This document shows positions 23,933 through 37,600 of a stretch of 64,000 nt of DNA, piece by piece. This DNA is from Alloascoidea hylecoeti. Lineage: Eukaryota. A program made the translations under genes and the position numbers. A model generated the notes under the pieces. The model had not been told where the DNA came from and did not search any database. It saw nothing but the letters and a program-made list of their open reading frames with translations. Location: the NCBI GenBank assembly GCA_001600815.1, contig BCKZ01000001.1:912613-976612 (forward strand). Reading direction: 5' to 3'. Numbering within the stretch: the first letter of the stretch is position 1; each line of letters opens with the position of its first letter.

Positions 23933-25915
23933 TTATAGAGCATTCTTTTTGGTAAGGTAATCAAATCTTGAATATGTATATCCAATAAAAGGTAAATCAT
24001 CTCTTGATACTTTATTCAGATTCCTTCCTTGTTGTTGTTGTCTCGCATTAGCTTGTATCATTGCTGGAGAATCAGGAATATTCTCTAATTCATCAAGTGG
24101 GAAAAATCTTGTATCAGTACTTGAATCAAGTTTTGGTACAAATGGTGCATCAACTTTTCTAATTGTATCCCAACTAACACCATGGAAAAATGGATGATTT
24201 TTAATTTCATTTGCTCCACGGTAGGTTCCGATACGATTATCAACAGATGTTAACAAGCGTTTTATAAGATCTTCTGCTTCAGGTGATAAATGAACATCAT
24301 CAGGAAATTGTAATGATTCCTGCCAATTAACAATTTTTCGATATGTTTCTTGTGGGGTTTCTGAACAAAATGGTGGCCATCCAACCAGGCATTCAAACAT
24401 GATTGCACCAAGTGACCACCAATCACATTCTTGACCATAACCCTTTTGAATAAATATTTCGGGTGCAATATAATCTGGAGTTCCAACAGTCGAATAAGCC
24501 ATTAATCTACGTGATTTTCTCCATGTTTGTATTTGTTCTCTATTTGACATTGTCAAATTAATCGCATCAATAACTGAGGACCTATTCGGATTTGTAGGAG
24601 TTTTATTCATTAACTTTTTGTAATAATTTGAATCATGTGTCTTATGAAACCCGGTTGATAATCCAAAATCTGATAATTTAATATGTCCTTTAATATCAAT
24701 AAGAATATTATCTGGCTTAATATCCCGATGTACAAACCCTAATTTATGAACAGCTTCAATTGCTAAAATACATTCAGCCATATAAAATCTTGTAATATCC
24801 TCAGTAAATATTTGCCATCGAATCAACATTGTCATTAAATCACCACCTGGTAAGAATTCCATGATTAAATATAAATAATGAGCATCTTGAAAAGAATAAT
24901 ATAAAGATACAACCCAAGGAGAATCACTACCAGCTAAAATATCTCTTTCAGCTTTAACATGAGCTAATTGATCTTTTTTATACATTTCACTTTTTAAAAG
25001 TGTTTTCATTGCATAAATCTTACCTGTGTCCTTTTTTTGAGCTAATCTAACTTCACCAAAAGCTCCTTTACCAATTACTTTAACAGTTTCAAAATCATCT
25101 AACGATAATCTTGTTCTTCTTAATCTTAAAAATTGAGATTCTTTGCTACCTAATGATTGTAATTGTCTATTTTTTTTCTCTTCAGATCCACGTTGAGAAC
25201 TTAAAATTGTTTCTAAATCAACATTACGCTGGTTCCTTTCAATTGCATGTTGTACAGTATTTTTAAAAAAATTCTCAATTTTTAATTTAACAGATGAAGC
25301 CTTTTCTTGTGTTTGTTTGGAAAAAAGATCAGGAAATCTTTCAAATGTGGCATAATCAATCGGGGCTTGATGTGATTGGTAGGGAGAGTAATGTTGATGT
25401 ACATGATGAACTCTTTGGGGCGAGGGAGTTCTCAGAGATCTATTACTATGGAGACTTAGATTCCCCGTACTTGAGTTAGTTGTCATTCCAGACGCATATA
25501 GTCTTGGTGAAGGAATCTTGGGATAATTCCCCATTGGTGGTTTTAATATTGGGGTGTTTGAAGATAAAAAACAATTTGAGTTCGATTGTATAACCGGACT
25601 TAAGTTACTTCCTACGCTAGCTGGAGATGATTGTTTTGGGGAAGAGGATATTGAGCTTGAAGGAGGTGAAAAGAACTGATTTGGCGGACATAAAGAAGGT
25701 TGTGGTTGCACTTCTCCATGAACAAATCCCAAGTACTGCTGCATCATTTGTGTCTCATCCTGCACTTGGTACTGAAAGTTATCAGAAGTATTATTCATGT
25801 TTTGATTTAGAGTACTCGGTGTGTTAAAGCCTTGTAAGGAGGAGTAAGAGAGTTGTTGTTGATCAAAATCAGAGAAGTTTTGTGCTTCCGGAGGAGTGTT
25901 ATGATTTGAGTACAT
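23933..25915 (-). CDS. CBK1: NDR/LATS-family Ser/Thr kinase
   Basis: Q/S-rich N-terminus, Mob-binding region [33 protein letters not shown], hydrophobic motif FIGYTYSRF. Confidence 0.95.
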   Translation of the reverse strand: MYSNHNTPPEAQNFSDFDQQQLSYSSLQGFNTPSTLNQNMNNTSDNFQYQVQDETQMMQQYLGFVHGEVQPQPSLCPPNQFFSPPSSSISSSPKQSSPASVGSNLSPVIQSNSNCFLSSNTPILKPPMGNYPKIPSPRLYASGMTTNSSTGNLSLHSNRSLRTPSPQRVHHVHQHYSPYQSHQAPIDYATFERFPDLFSKQTQEKASSVKLKIENFFKNTVQHAIERNQRNVDLETILSSQRGSEEKKNRQLQSLGSKESQFLRLRRTRLSLDDFETVKVIGKGAFGEVRLAQKKDTGKIYAMKTLLKSEMYKKDQLAHVKAERDILAGSDSPWVVSLYYSFQDAHYLYLIMEFLPGGDLMTMLIRWQIFTEDITRFYMAECILAIEAVHKLGFVHRDIKPDNILIDIKGHIKLSDFGLSTGFHKTHDSNYYKKLMNKTPTNPNRSSVIDAINLTMSNREQIQTWRKSRRLMAYSTVGTPDYIAPEIFIQKGYGQECDWWSLGAIMFECLVGWPPFCSETPQETYRKIVNWQESLQFPDDVHLSPEAEDLIKRLLTSVDNRIGTYRGANEIKNHPFFHGVSWDTIRKVDAPFVPKLDSSTDTRFFPLDELENIPDSPAMIQANARQQQQGRNLNKVSRDDLPFIGYTYSRFDYLTKKNAL

Positions 25916-26370
25916 TCTCTCCCATAAAATATCGAGAAATTCTTTCAGATCAGAAATTTAGAGGTACCGGTAGAGAAAGGAAAACAAATTATAATGTTTG
26001 AAATGCAAGGAGCGTACTTTATGCACATAATATGCATCTCGTATTACCCTCTCAATTTTTCTGCCGTGTCACCCCACCGGAAGGAGTAATTCACGTTGCA
26101 CTGCGGCTGCAGGCTTCTTCGAGAAAAGTAAAAAATCACAATAACATTTTTAAATTTTAATTGTGGCTCAACTCTCATATTTATCTTCAAAACATCGACG
26201 GCAATCTAATACGAAATAGACATTTATTTCACTTATAATTGAGCCATTCTTAACAAAATATTTATCTAATTTCTGACACAATAACACTTTAAAACATAAA
26301 CTCTATATATATTACGTATTTAAAAATAAATATACGTATAAAACTATTAATTTGATTAGTCATCCTCCCT

Positions 26371-27414
26371 TTATTCTTGAACCTTCTTCTCCAATAAGGT
26401 TAATAATGTTCTAGCATCAGCAGCAAATTTACGGATACCATCCGATAATTTCTCAGTGGCCATCTGATCTTCATTCAATGCAAAACGGAAGGCAGCTTCA
26501 TCATCAACGTATGAAACTTTCTCCAAATCAAGGGATGCAGCAACTGAAGCATCCAATTGTTTTGGAACTGGTTCAGTTGAATTCACCAATTCTTCTAGTA
26601 ATCCTGGAGAAATTGTAAGGAAATCAACACCGGCTAATTCTTTAATTTCACCAGTATTTCTGAAAGAAGCACCCATAACTATTGTCTTATAGCCAAATTT
26701 CTTATAATAGTCAAAGATACCCTTGACGGAGATGACACCTGGATCTTCTGAACTGCTAAATGACTTACCGGAATTAGCCTTGTGCCAGTCTAAAATACGA
26801 CCGACAAAAGGAGAGATAAGAGTGGCATGTGCCTCAGCAGCAGCAACAGCTTGAGCGAAAGAGAACAACAAAGTTAAATTGACATGAATCCCATGCTCCT
26901 TTTCTAATTCTCTAGCAGCTTGGATACCTTCCCAAGTAGATGCGATCTTAATTAAGATTCTCTCTTTTTCAATACCTACTTGTTTATATAAAGCGATAAT
27001 TTCTAAAGCCTTTTTAATCGTACCTGCTTTATCAAAAGACAATTGAGCATCAACTTCGGTGGAAACCCGGCCAGGGACGATGGCAAGAATTTCTTTACCG
27101 AACTCAACAAGCAATCTATCCAAGGCGCGATGTGCCTTCTGTGTTGGAGTTGAGCCATGAGCCTTTCCATATTCGACAGCAACATCAATTAACTTAGCAT
27201 AAGCTGGTTTCTTTGATGCGGCAAGAATCAACGAAGGATTGGTGGTGGCATCCTGTGGTTTATATTTTGCGATGGCTTAACAAGGAAAGGTTAGCATAAG
27301 ATCCCAACAAAAATCATTATATCAATTGTAGATAAACGTACATTCAAATTCGCCTGTGTCGGTTACGACTACAGTTCCGGTAGCTTTTAGTTGTTCAAGA
27401 GAGTTGGAGGACAT
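26371..27414 (-). CDS. TAL1: Transaldolase. Exons 27414-27342 and 27275-26371
   Basis: [50 protein letters not shown]; intron 27276-27341 GTACGT...GCTAAC...TAAG. Confidence 0.96.
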
Positions 27415-28516
27415 CTGTGAATAAGAATTGAGTTATTTGGGGATTGGGATGGAGAAGAAGAAAGGATGGCGATTATATGTAATTGTTGTTCTTTGAGAAA
27501 TCCGGTGAGCCCGTGGCACGTGATCTGCATGGTGAGATTTTGGGCATAATTTCGGGTCTTATTCGCTGACTCAGACGTCCCTACTATTTTGCCTAGAATC
27601 CCGAGCTGAATAATCATTTCTAACCATTCCATTTCTTCCGAAGATGAAAATATACAAACTATTCTGCCGTTATCGGAAAATAGCTACCATCGGGGCACAG
27701 TATCCCAGAGGAATAGTCGCTTTTCATTTGCAATTGGTCATTCTGCATTCGCTGATTGTATAGATATCTGATTTTGTTTATACTCTGCAGATCACACTCA
27801 AATTGACTGAAATTTCAATTTTTATACTGTGTGTTTGTCATTGAAATTATATTAGTATCGAAGAACTATAATTACTGATTGCGAGCCCCAGAAAAGATCT
27901 AGACATAACATAATTAATTACAAACAAGTTTAAATAATATAAGACGAGATTCAATTGAAATTAGTTAAGTAGCATATTTAAATAGTTGTAAAATAAAAAT
28001 ATGAATTAAATAAAACATCAAAAACATAAGTAAAAATTAAGTCCTGGGAAATTTCAAAAACTGATAAAAAAAAAAAAATAACAAGAAAAATACGCCAGAA
28101 TATACAATACATATATATTTTAAATTTATAAACATTAATATTATGTAACCAAATATGGTTAATCGCATTATATCCACAGAATGCAACAACAAATCATGTC
28201 CATTGCATAAATAAAAAAAACGTTTTATATATCAGATAACTGTAAGATTAAATGGATACTCCATTGATTGTTGAAACCGGCAAAAAGACTTGGTAATAAT
28301 AGCAGGTGGTAGCTATAATATACGTAATTATAATGATAAAAGTATAAAGATATAATCGCAAACATTGATCCCACTATGTTCAACATAGTACTCAATAGAT
28401 ACATAAACCACTAATTACAATATAATATAAATGTAGTTTTATGCTTTTGTTAAATTTTCTGATTTTTTTGATTTTTTTAATTTTTTTTTTTTTGCTTTTT
28501 ATTATATTTGAAATAA

Positions 28517-29881
28517 TTAAGTTGTTTCTTCAGAATCACTTTCTTCACTATCATAAGCATATATTACTAGAGTTATTCTTTGTCTTTTATCAACTTTAAT
28601 TGCATCTTTCAAACTATCGTCATCAAATAAATATGAAAGTTCTTGACTATTATTTCGATACATTAATGTTAAATTATCAGCTCCAAGCTTCTCATATATT
28701 TTTGATGCAATTACATTCAATGATGAATCCATTGACGCTTTAAGTGCAAAAATATCACCAGCTCTGTGTACTTTGACTTTCATATAATCTCTACCATTTC
28801 GTCTTGAACTTGATGATCTAAGTGATGTTCTTGGTAATGAACCTTTCCTCATTTTAGAATTTAATGAAGACCAACTTTCTCCTTGTGGTGACTCTACTGG
28901 TGTGGATGCAAGTGATGACATACTTGTTTTGGTACTTAGAGTTGATGAGCTTCTTCCAGATCTGTAACTTATATCACTTTGATTGGAAGATCTCTGACTT
29001 GCTATACCACCACCATCTAGACATAACCTTCCTTTCTCATCTCCTTCCCGAGGCTTAAACCAATCTAATACAACATCACTATTAGATATATAGTTTGGGG
29101 CACTAATCAGTTTTTTAATGTAACAATCTAAATCTATTCTTCGTTGTCGAGCTACAGTTTCATTAAAAGATGTGCATGGGCCAGGGATTCGTGGTAATGG
29201 TGTGTCTTCTCTTTGCAATGACTCCTTTGGAAATCTTTGTAGAAGATTTATTTGAAGATCATAAAAATCTTGATAATATCTCCATAAAGTTCTTCTTGTA
29301 CCATCATTAAATTCACAAGAAATAAAATACCAATATCTACCTTTTGTAAATGAGCAGTCTTCAACAGCCGCTCTAATTATAGTTTGTGCTTCTTCTGATA
29401 CCAGGGATAATCTTGGCTTTGATTCACATTTCTTTATTACATGGCCTCTTGAAGATTGTTCTTGTGTCGCTGGTGTTCCTTGCTGTGGGCTTGTTCCTTG
29501 AGATGCTCCATTGTCATCAGCCGCTATTGAATCTGCTAAACTAATAGCAGCAATTTCATGTTTTATAACATTTTTCTTCCATGTTTCAAGATCAGGTATT
29601 CCTGCATCTTGCACAAATGCCATCTCATCATCTTTTGACACTAATAGATTATTTGCAACATCATATAATTGAATATAGGAAACAGGAATAAAGCCTGGTC
29701 CTTCAAGCCTGCCAATAGGTTTTGCTAAAAACCACTCAAGGTCGACATGTGCACAGATTTTAATATGTTCACCAGCATTGGCTGAAAGTTCTCCTTCCTG
29801 TTCGCCTGAAAATGAATATTTGACTATTCCAATAACACCTAGCTTGCTATTACTATTTGCAAGACTTGTTATACTAGCCAT
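28517..29881 (-). CDS. Bem1/Scd2-like polarity scaffold with a single SH3, PX and PB1 domains
   Basis: SH3 EWFLAKPIGRLEGPGFIPVSY matches Bem1 SH3b; PX RYYQDFYDLQINLL..FP...LPRIPGP; PB1 MKVKVHRAGDIFAL. Confidence 0.8.
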   Translation of the reverse strand: MASITSLANSNSKLGVIGIVKYSFSGEQEGELSANAGEHIKICAHVDLEWFLAKPIGRLEGPGFIPVSYIQLYDVANNLLVSKDDEMAFVQDAGIPDLETWKKNVIKHEIAAISLADSIAADDNGASQGTSPQQGTPATQEQSSRGHVIKKCESKPRLSLVSEEAQTIIRAAVEDCSFTKGRYWYFISCEFNDGTRRTLWRYYQDFYDLQINLLQRFPKESLQREDTPLPRIPGPCTSFNETVARQRRIDLDCYIKKLISAPNYISNSDVVLDWFKPREGDEKGRLCLDGGGIASQRSSNQSDISYRSGRSSSTLSTKTSMSSLASTPVESPQGESWSSLNSKMRKGSLPRTSLRSSSSRRNGRDYMKVKVHRAGDIFALKASMDSSLNVIASKIYEKLGADNLTLMYRNNSQELSYLFDDDSLKDAIKVDKRQRITLVIYAYDSEESDSEETT

Positions 29882-31607
29882 TATAATAATTATCGACCTA
29901 AATGTTTGTTAACGAATTTAGCTTTCTGTTAGTATGTTAAGAGGAAAAAAGTTTAATGAAATGATTTCGTTGTGCGGGCGTGGGGTGTTTTAGTCCTACC
30001 TAACTATTCAGTCGAAATGATATTATTGTTACAAGAAAGAAATAAGAAAGGGAAAGGCAAAAGAAGGTTGTAAGTTGAAAGAAATAAATTATTAAGAAGG
30101 ATTATAAAGAAAGTAATTGTATATCTGCAGATGTAGTGCTCAAATCTTATACATTTATTAATTAATCCTTTCGATTATAAACATTAGACCCAATGAGGAG
30201 ACGGAAAAAGTATAATAATGGGTTTATTAGAGGATCGGTGTGGTCCAGGACATATAATTAACCGCCAGTAATACATATTATCACGCCTTCAAAGTTTTCA
30301 GTTTCTGATCACATTCCATAGATTTAAATTTAAAGGCTTTTATTGTCTCTTTTAAGCTTTATAATAAGCTCCTTCTCATCGAGGGTCCTTTTGTGCTTTT
30401 GAAAATTATGAATAGATTCTAATAAAGCACAATTTATTTCATCTATTGATTATATTTAGTTTTATGTGTGGGAATTATCATCACAAATTTCAAATTTTTA
30501 TTGATGAGAATTGCTATTTTATATTATTAAGCTTAGACCAATTATTAGTTCAGAGTTTAACAGCCTGATCTAATGTCAATAGCAACATGACAGTACGTGT
30601 CGAAACTGAGACAACCAAAAAGATAACCTAGCTACATGTAAAAAACCATCGACTGCTGCCAGTCATTATAATCGAGACTTAAGTATATTATATATTGATA
30701 TCGATATCGATTAAGGTACCTACCTAGGTAGTTGTGTTTAGCTACCTGACCATGTCATATTTAATAGCCTATACATAGCTTCTTGATTATGAAATATGCT
30801 ATAATAATAAGTAATTTATAACGTTAAGTTGTCAACTATTCTGCTAGTCCTAACTCCCAACACATGTTACGAAAGGCGCCTAGTCAACTATCGATACGAT
30901 AAAGCGAGAGACGCCCATTCGAATTCAACAAAAACTCTATAATTCGACTATACATATAGTTATGCTCTATTTTCCTCATTTCCTATCTACAACTATTGTA
31001 ATCGGTACTCGCCAATTGTAATAATGTTATCCACCTCTTCCTTACACTCGAAAAGAATTTAAATTGGGTTTGACTTTGCTGCCGTACGTAACACAAGTGG
31101 TAAACTGTCTCACACGATATCACTTAATATCCACGTACGTTTCACTCTTTCCCGGATCACTGCCGAAGATACAGAAGATGATAAATTGTTAATTCTCTCA
31201 AGTTCTCTTATTTAATTTGTAGTAAATTTTGTACCACGCATACGCATTTATCCCTGACTTCAAGATCTACAACCAGTATTCCCTATTCCCCTTACTTTAA
31301 TAATAGATGGGTAATGCAGAGAACGCGATTGATATCGATCATGGATCGAATCGATATTATATTTTATATAATCATTTTCATATTAGATCTAGGTATCATA
31401 TTTTATAGTTATGAAATAATTAGCAGAGTATATTTTGGGTTTCACTTACATTTAGAACCAAATTTCATGATTGAAACTTTGAAGTCACCGCATTATAAGG
31501 TTTAAAGTGAACTGCGACAAGAAAACTTGGCCATGGGTAACTTAAAATGCAAATGAGGAGTTAAGGTTTACAATGAGAAATATATTTACGTGTGTAAATT
31601 ATTTAAT

Positions 31608-31631
31608 GATGATGATGATGATGATGATGAT
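31608..31631. repeat. (GAT)n microsatellite
   Basis: gatgatgatgatgatgatgatgat in intergenic DNA. Confidence 0.85.
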
Positions 31632-32049
31632 ATTGTTGTTTGATTGCCATGAAATTTAAATATAGGTTGGTCGTTTAAATATATAGTGCCCAATTATCTT
31701 ATATACGCATGTAACGTTATGGAATATTCACTAGTACTGTTATCAAGCTAATTCTTAACCTTCATTAATTTCAAACGCAAATTTAATCGAATACAGAATC
31801 ACTATATATTTGTTTAAAAGGTGGATACAACCATCCGATGTAGTAGCAAAAGGCATTAATACGTTAAATTGTATACAAGACTTCCAAGATCTCTAAGAGT
31901 ACTTAAGCTTTTCACCTAAAATCATCTTGTGTCTTTTGATCATGAACATAATTATCTGATAACAGGATTAAGAAACATTTAGCACAGATATCGTTATCAA
32001 CACACAACCTTCAAAACAGCATCATTTCGACCAGTATGTATATTATATT

Positions 32050-34140
32050 AATTATGTATTATATCAGGTGTCATTCTTTGAATATTTAGTGAATAGCCAT
32101 ATTAAAACTATTTAAGAGTGTTTTCCTAAAGCGAATATGAACAATTTCCTAGTAACAAAAAGATACTAGCGGCAAAGTCCATTATTATTAAAAGGAAGTA
32201 AAATTTATTCTCCTTTCGGCCATTTTTGCGTTTCAATCAAATGGGGGTAAATTGATCGTGCTTGGTATTCCGAAAGTTGTTTTAAAAATATGTAAAGAAG
32301 AAAAAGTTTTAGCGATCGAAAGTCAGAAAAGTATTTTCAAATAATTACCCGGACAGTAACAATTAGGGCTCTGGTGTAAAATAATCTTCTGTGCATCGTC
32401 AAAGTTGTCCATTCTTATTGATATTCCAAGTCGAATATCTCATAATTTCTTATATATATAATAAAATAGAGAATGTGGCTATAAAAGCATTGGTCCCACT
32501 TAAAGGTGGGGTATCAACGCTTCTGTGGAGGATCCACCAAGATGATCAAATTAATAGATCGAGATGTAATTAACCTTAAAAATAGGAATTCAGAAAAAGA
32601 AAGTTATTAAGACAAAAATCTTGGAGTAGAGCTATCACCATAATCAGGAATGGAGTAGAAATTAATATAGAAATTCACAATTGTTTCTAACCATCTCATG
32701 TGCTTCGCGTAGAGCAGTTTAGAGATGTTTTGAGAAATTGGTTGACAATCTGTTACACGTTTTACCCCAGACAATTCTTTAAAGCGTAGCCCCCAATTGA
32801 CCTCGACTCCAATAAATTTTACTGGTTTCTAATAGGTTTAAACGAGAATGAAACTTTATCTGATTGACGATTTCGTAGTGTTAGGAGTATATAGGGAATA
32901 AGCGTATTGAGATAAATAGACTCTACTCTATTTACTCAAATTATCATTAATATTGGTGAATTGCCATCCATCTGTCTTTGTGCCTTTCAGATAAATGTGT
33001 AATATAATAGACATTATTTAGACGATAATTTCATATCGTGGAAAAGCTGCATATACTCAACAAGTGTGTCAATATACGTTTTTGGAAGTAGTAGTGAATT
33101 GAAGTAAGCTCTTTAATGTACGCCTCCGTTGGCTGTATTATTGTTTCTGGAATGTCACGGTCAAGCCAAATGAGTAACGACTTCATGAAGGAGTACGTTT
33201 CCACATTCACCTTTAGATCATCTGTTTCCCTAATGTGTAAAACCGAAGAAAGATACACTACACATTATACTGTATCGGCAGATAATCCTAACAGATTATT
33301 CATGTATGATTTTAAAGACGGTGTTTGAAGTACCAATGTTCTTATAAGACACGAACACTCATAGGACCTATGATGGGGGAAGCGAGAGGTTTCCCGTGAA
33401 GTCCACAATCATCCGAATACCATCCCCGACTGCATTCTAAAATGGATGGAACATGCTGCCAAATACTATTAAAATCTCTCCTAGATACGCTGGGCGTAAG
33501 GTCACATATACACACTAAAATAGGGTCTAATATTGCAGCAGAATTGAATTGTAGGTGGGTGATAAACATTCCGAATGCATCTAGACGAGGCTGCTTAAAA
33601 CACGATGGAACCGAAGCGTATCCAGAAATAGATGGTCCAATAAGGTCTTCTTCCAAAATTCTTTGACCTCCGCTGCTTGAGAGTATGTTGGTGGTCTCAT
33701 TGTTAGATTAGAATATTGTTTGTGTTTGAAGTAGACCTTGTGGTCCTCCTCATGCTCTGGATGCACAGGTATAATTATTTCAAGCGTTTTAGGAGAAAAC
33801 ATGGGAAAGTAGGGCTGGTTCTGTGGGGCACCTTTATTTGCCAGCATCGCTGCCTTTATCCACGGATTAATACCCAACAGTGTAACTACGACGGATGTAA
33901 TGGGTTGGTAATGCTTTACTTTGGTGGCAATCAATGGTGCAGAAAGATGTAGAAGTAGAAATGCTTTCAAATTGGTGCTAATCATCAATACTTGCGGGTA
34001 ACTATTTAGATTTATAACTCCAGACTCCAACATCTAACTAAGGGCAATAGGCTTCAATCTAGATATTCTTGCCACTGTATTAATGACTCTATACATAGTA
34101 TTCTTGACTTCTCTCGATTGTATACTGTAATGAATTGAAA
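32050..34140 (-). pseudogene. Degraded ~2-kb coding sequence of unknown origin (multiple stops and frameshifts)
   Basis: Three overlapping minus-strand ORF fragments (33581-34033, 33342-33656, 33031-33258) join by single frameshifts; protein-like reading continues through isolated stops upstream (..RVINTVARISRLKPIALS*MLESG) and downstream (..KPVKFIGVEVNWGLRFKELSG..); GC visibly higher than flanking intergenic DNA. Boundaries approximate. Confidence 0.6.
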
Positions 34141-34695
34141 CAGACAAATGTCATTTTTTAAGTTTTTAGATATCCATAAGTTTATGCTAAAACCGGAACT
34201 ACGGCTTTTAATAATTGTTTCAGAGATTTGTTAATAAAGCAAGAAAATATTTAGCCTTGCAAGCTTCCAACTGCCAATCTCTTTAAATTTAACTTTATTC
34301 CAAGCTCGAGTTATTTAAAAAAAAAAAAGATATATTTATAGCATATAAGGGTTATAATAATTAACCATTTTGAAATGACCGATTGCAAACTTTAAATAGC
34401 ATACACATATTGTATTTAAGATATTTAATATTAATATTTGCTTATAATTGGTTCAGAAACTTCTTGAAGTAGATAGAATCATGATCCCAAGTCTTAACAG
34501 AAACATTTAAAATCAAATGATATTACTTCCTATTATTTCAGTACATGCATCGACCTATAAGCAATTTTTAAAAAATGAAAAAGCTATGAGTGAAAAAAAA
34601 AGAGAATATAAAAATACAACAACAAAGTCAGAACTTCAGTAAGAATTTATATAAAATTGCCAAAATTAATTATGGTAGAATTATAGCCCTCCAGC

Positions 34696-37600
34696 TCATT
34701 TAGTGAATTTTCGGCGCTTAGCCAACATGGAAGGCTCACTATTCCCCCTGTAATTGGTATTGCCATTGCCTTTATGAAAAGAGGGACCATCTCCCTTCCT
34801 GTTCGAATTATGTTTATTCACTCTCGGAAATGGACTTTGAGCTACTCGTTTTTTCTGAAGAAAAATACTGCTAGGTTTTTCCGCTGAGTGAACGGAGCTG
34901 GATTTGCTGCTTTCTCCAACCTTACCCGCAGACGAACTAGTCACTGTGTTAGGAAAAGGACTCTTTAATACACCACGAGATGGATTTTGCCCCTTATGAG
35001 CGTTGGGATTGGAAGGCCGTTTATCAATCGGGAAGGCCTGATGCTCTGCGGCGAAAATAACTTTACGGGAGTTGCTAAACAATTGCGGGTTCTGCTTTGT
35101 AACGGAAGAACCAGCAAAGATCGCGGGAATTCCCGGCACTTTATTCTCCAACAATTTGTATTGCGAAGCAGTTCTCTCATGCTCTTCGTTGAGCATTTGA
35201 AACCTATAAGATGTGAGTAATTAACCTATTAAAAAAAAATAAGAAAATTTTGACATACTTTCCCTCCAATTCATCAATCATACGTTGATAATATCGCCTT
35301 TCATCTTCCCATTTTTTCACTCGTTCATCCTCCTCATTATGAACATTTTCAACCAGCTGTTTAAATGATTCAAGATTCTCCCAAACCAAACGCTGCTCCG
35401 CTTGTAAATCTTGAATTATTTCAGGATACCCGTCAGAGGCTTTAACGGCCGTTAGTTGACCTTCCATTTTATTCACGGCATCAGAAAATCTCCGGACGTG
35501 CGCTCTCAACTTTAAGTTTTCGGATCGTAACATGCTCTTCCCAGTCTTTATTTGTTCATTCCGGTTTTCGGCTTTTTGTAATCTTAAGCTAAGACTTTCA
35601 TTTTCTTTCTTCAATTCGTCTTGCCGTTGGTCTCTCGCTTTAATTCTTCTTTTAAATTCCAGAATTTCATTTTCCAGTTTCTTAATTTGATCCGAATATT
35701 CAGAAGTAGAAATTCCCTCTTTGGAAGTCAGAGATTTTTTGTCATTCAAGGAACCCACTCTTAAGTTTTTAGATTCAGACCTCTTCCCCCCTTTAACGGT
35801 AGATGGAGGAATAGAATTTAATTCATCCTCATCATCTGAAATTAGTAGATTCGATGTTTTTCTTTTTTGACGTACCTGAATTATCTTTAAGCCTTCCTCA
35901 TCCTCCTCTTCTTTTGCGGGTTCATCTACAGTATCACGGGCGACTAATGAATTACCTTTTCCATTTGCTATTTTGTTTTCACTATCTCGAAGCTTACTTT
36001 TGAGACCTGCTTCCTCCTCTTCATTCTCATCGTTTTCTGGCACATCTATTTCTCTGTTTATTACCTCGGTCCCAACACCTTCTACACGTGCTTCCTCAGC
36101 TTTCTCCATATCTACGCTTTCATCGTCTGAAAAATGATCATTTCCACCGGTATGATTATTATTTTCATTATCAGTTTCTTCGTCATCAGAATTGTCTTTA
36201 TCATCTAAACCAAAAGAAAATGTTAGCAACCCGGCCTCCACTGGATCATCGAAAGAGGGACCCAAACTCAATTTGGATTTTTTTCGTCGAGTTTTTCCTG
36301 ATCTCGGTACAGATTCCTTGGGATTGCGTGCTACTAGGTCATATTCTGAAATCGAATTACCATTATCTGTAGTACTAAGCTCAGAGTTATCCTTAATAGA
36401 CCTATCAGCGTCTGACTCCGGCGTCCTTGAAGTTGATCTTCTGGATGAAAATGAGGGAGAACTTGATCTCCCACTTAAAGTAGAATCTCTAAAGAATTCA
36501 GTCGAGACTGGTAATTTATCATTTTCATATGTTATTCTTGCTGCAACAATTTTATCATGACTTCGCTGATGACTGTGTAGATTAACTTCATTTGTGAATG
36601 ATTTTGGCAATTTTATTTCTTTAAAAAAACTCAACGATGTATAAATTGAAATTCCATATAAATATTCATCAACATGTGGTAATGTATTTTTAAATTGTTT
36701 GAACTTCTTTAAAATTTTGTCATATATAATTTTATTTTCAATCTTTATATCTGTAATACGATCTAAAAATGAAAAATCCTGGATTGTTCCGATTTCTAAA
36801 CTCCATGAAACAATCATCATGAAATCAAAAAACTCTGGTGGTTCACATGCCCTATCAATTGGTCTTGCAATCGATCTGTCAATACCCACAAAATATTGTT
36901 CAAATGTATCTCGATATTGTTGGACAGAAAGATCTGGGAAATGGTTAACTGAATCATCAATCGACTTAAGATTACCCGATATATTGCTTCTAAAAAGTGA
37001 TTTAGTTGCAGTGTTAGCGAAGACGGAATGGGAAATATCATTTTGATTGTCTGGTAATAGTCCCAAAGCTTCAGAAAATTTAATCTCTATAGGCCTGATA
37101 TAAAACAGTGTATAGACCAGTAATTTCGCAAGAATTTCCGGCAATAATCTGGGTAAACCTTTAATTGTTCCGTTAGAACGACGTAAAGCTGTGTTAATAA
37201 CAAAAACAATACCATCGGAGGTAGCAAATACATTCCGTATTGGAGTTTCAGCATTTGGATTATTAGCATAACTAATAGATAACAATTGAGAGCTGTTAAC
37301 ATAAGGACAAGCTAAATGAAATATCATATCATATAATAAATTAATTAGTTTTCCAGCTATTTCAATCCATTTTTTGGCAGCCATTGCATTTAAACTTCCA
37401 TTTTTATAATATACTTTATTTTTAAATCTATCTTTCTTGATTAAGGAATTGTATAAAAACATAGGATCAACAGCATTATTTTTATCTACGCCAAACCAAT
37501 AATTTGAAGACTCATCTTTATGATCATCTATAAACGAAGTCAAAGCCTGATCATTAATTACAATATCTGGAGATTGAACAGAGGCATCCGAACATAACTC

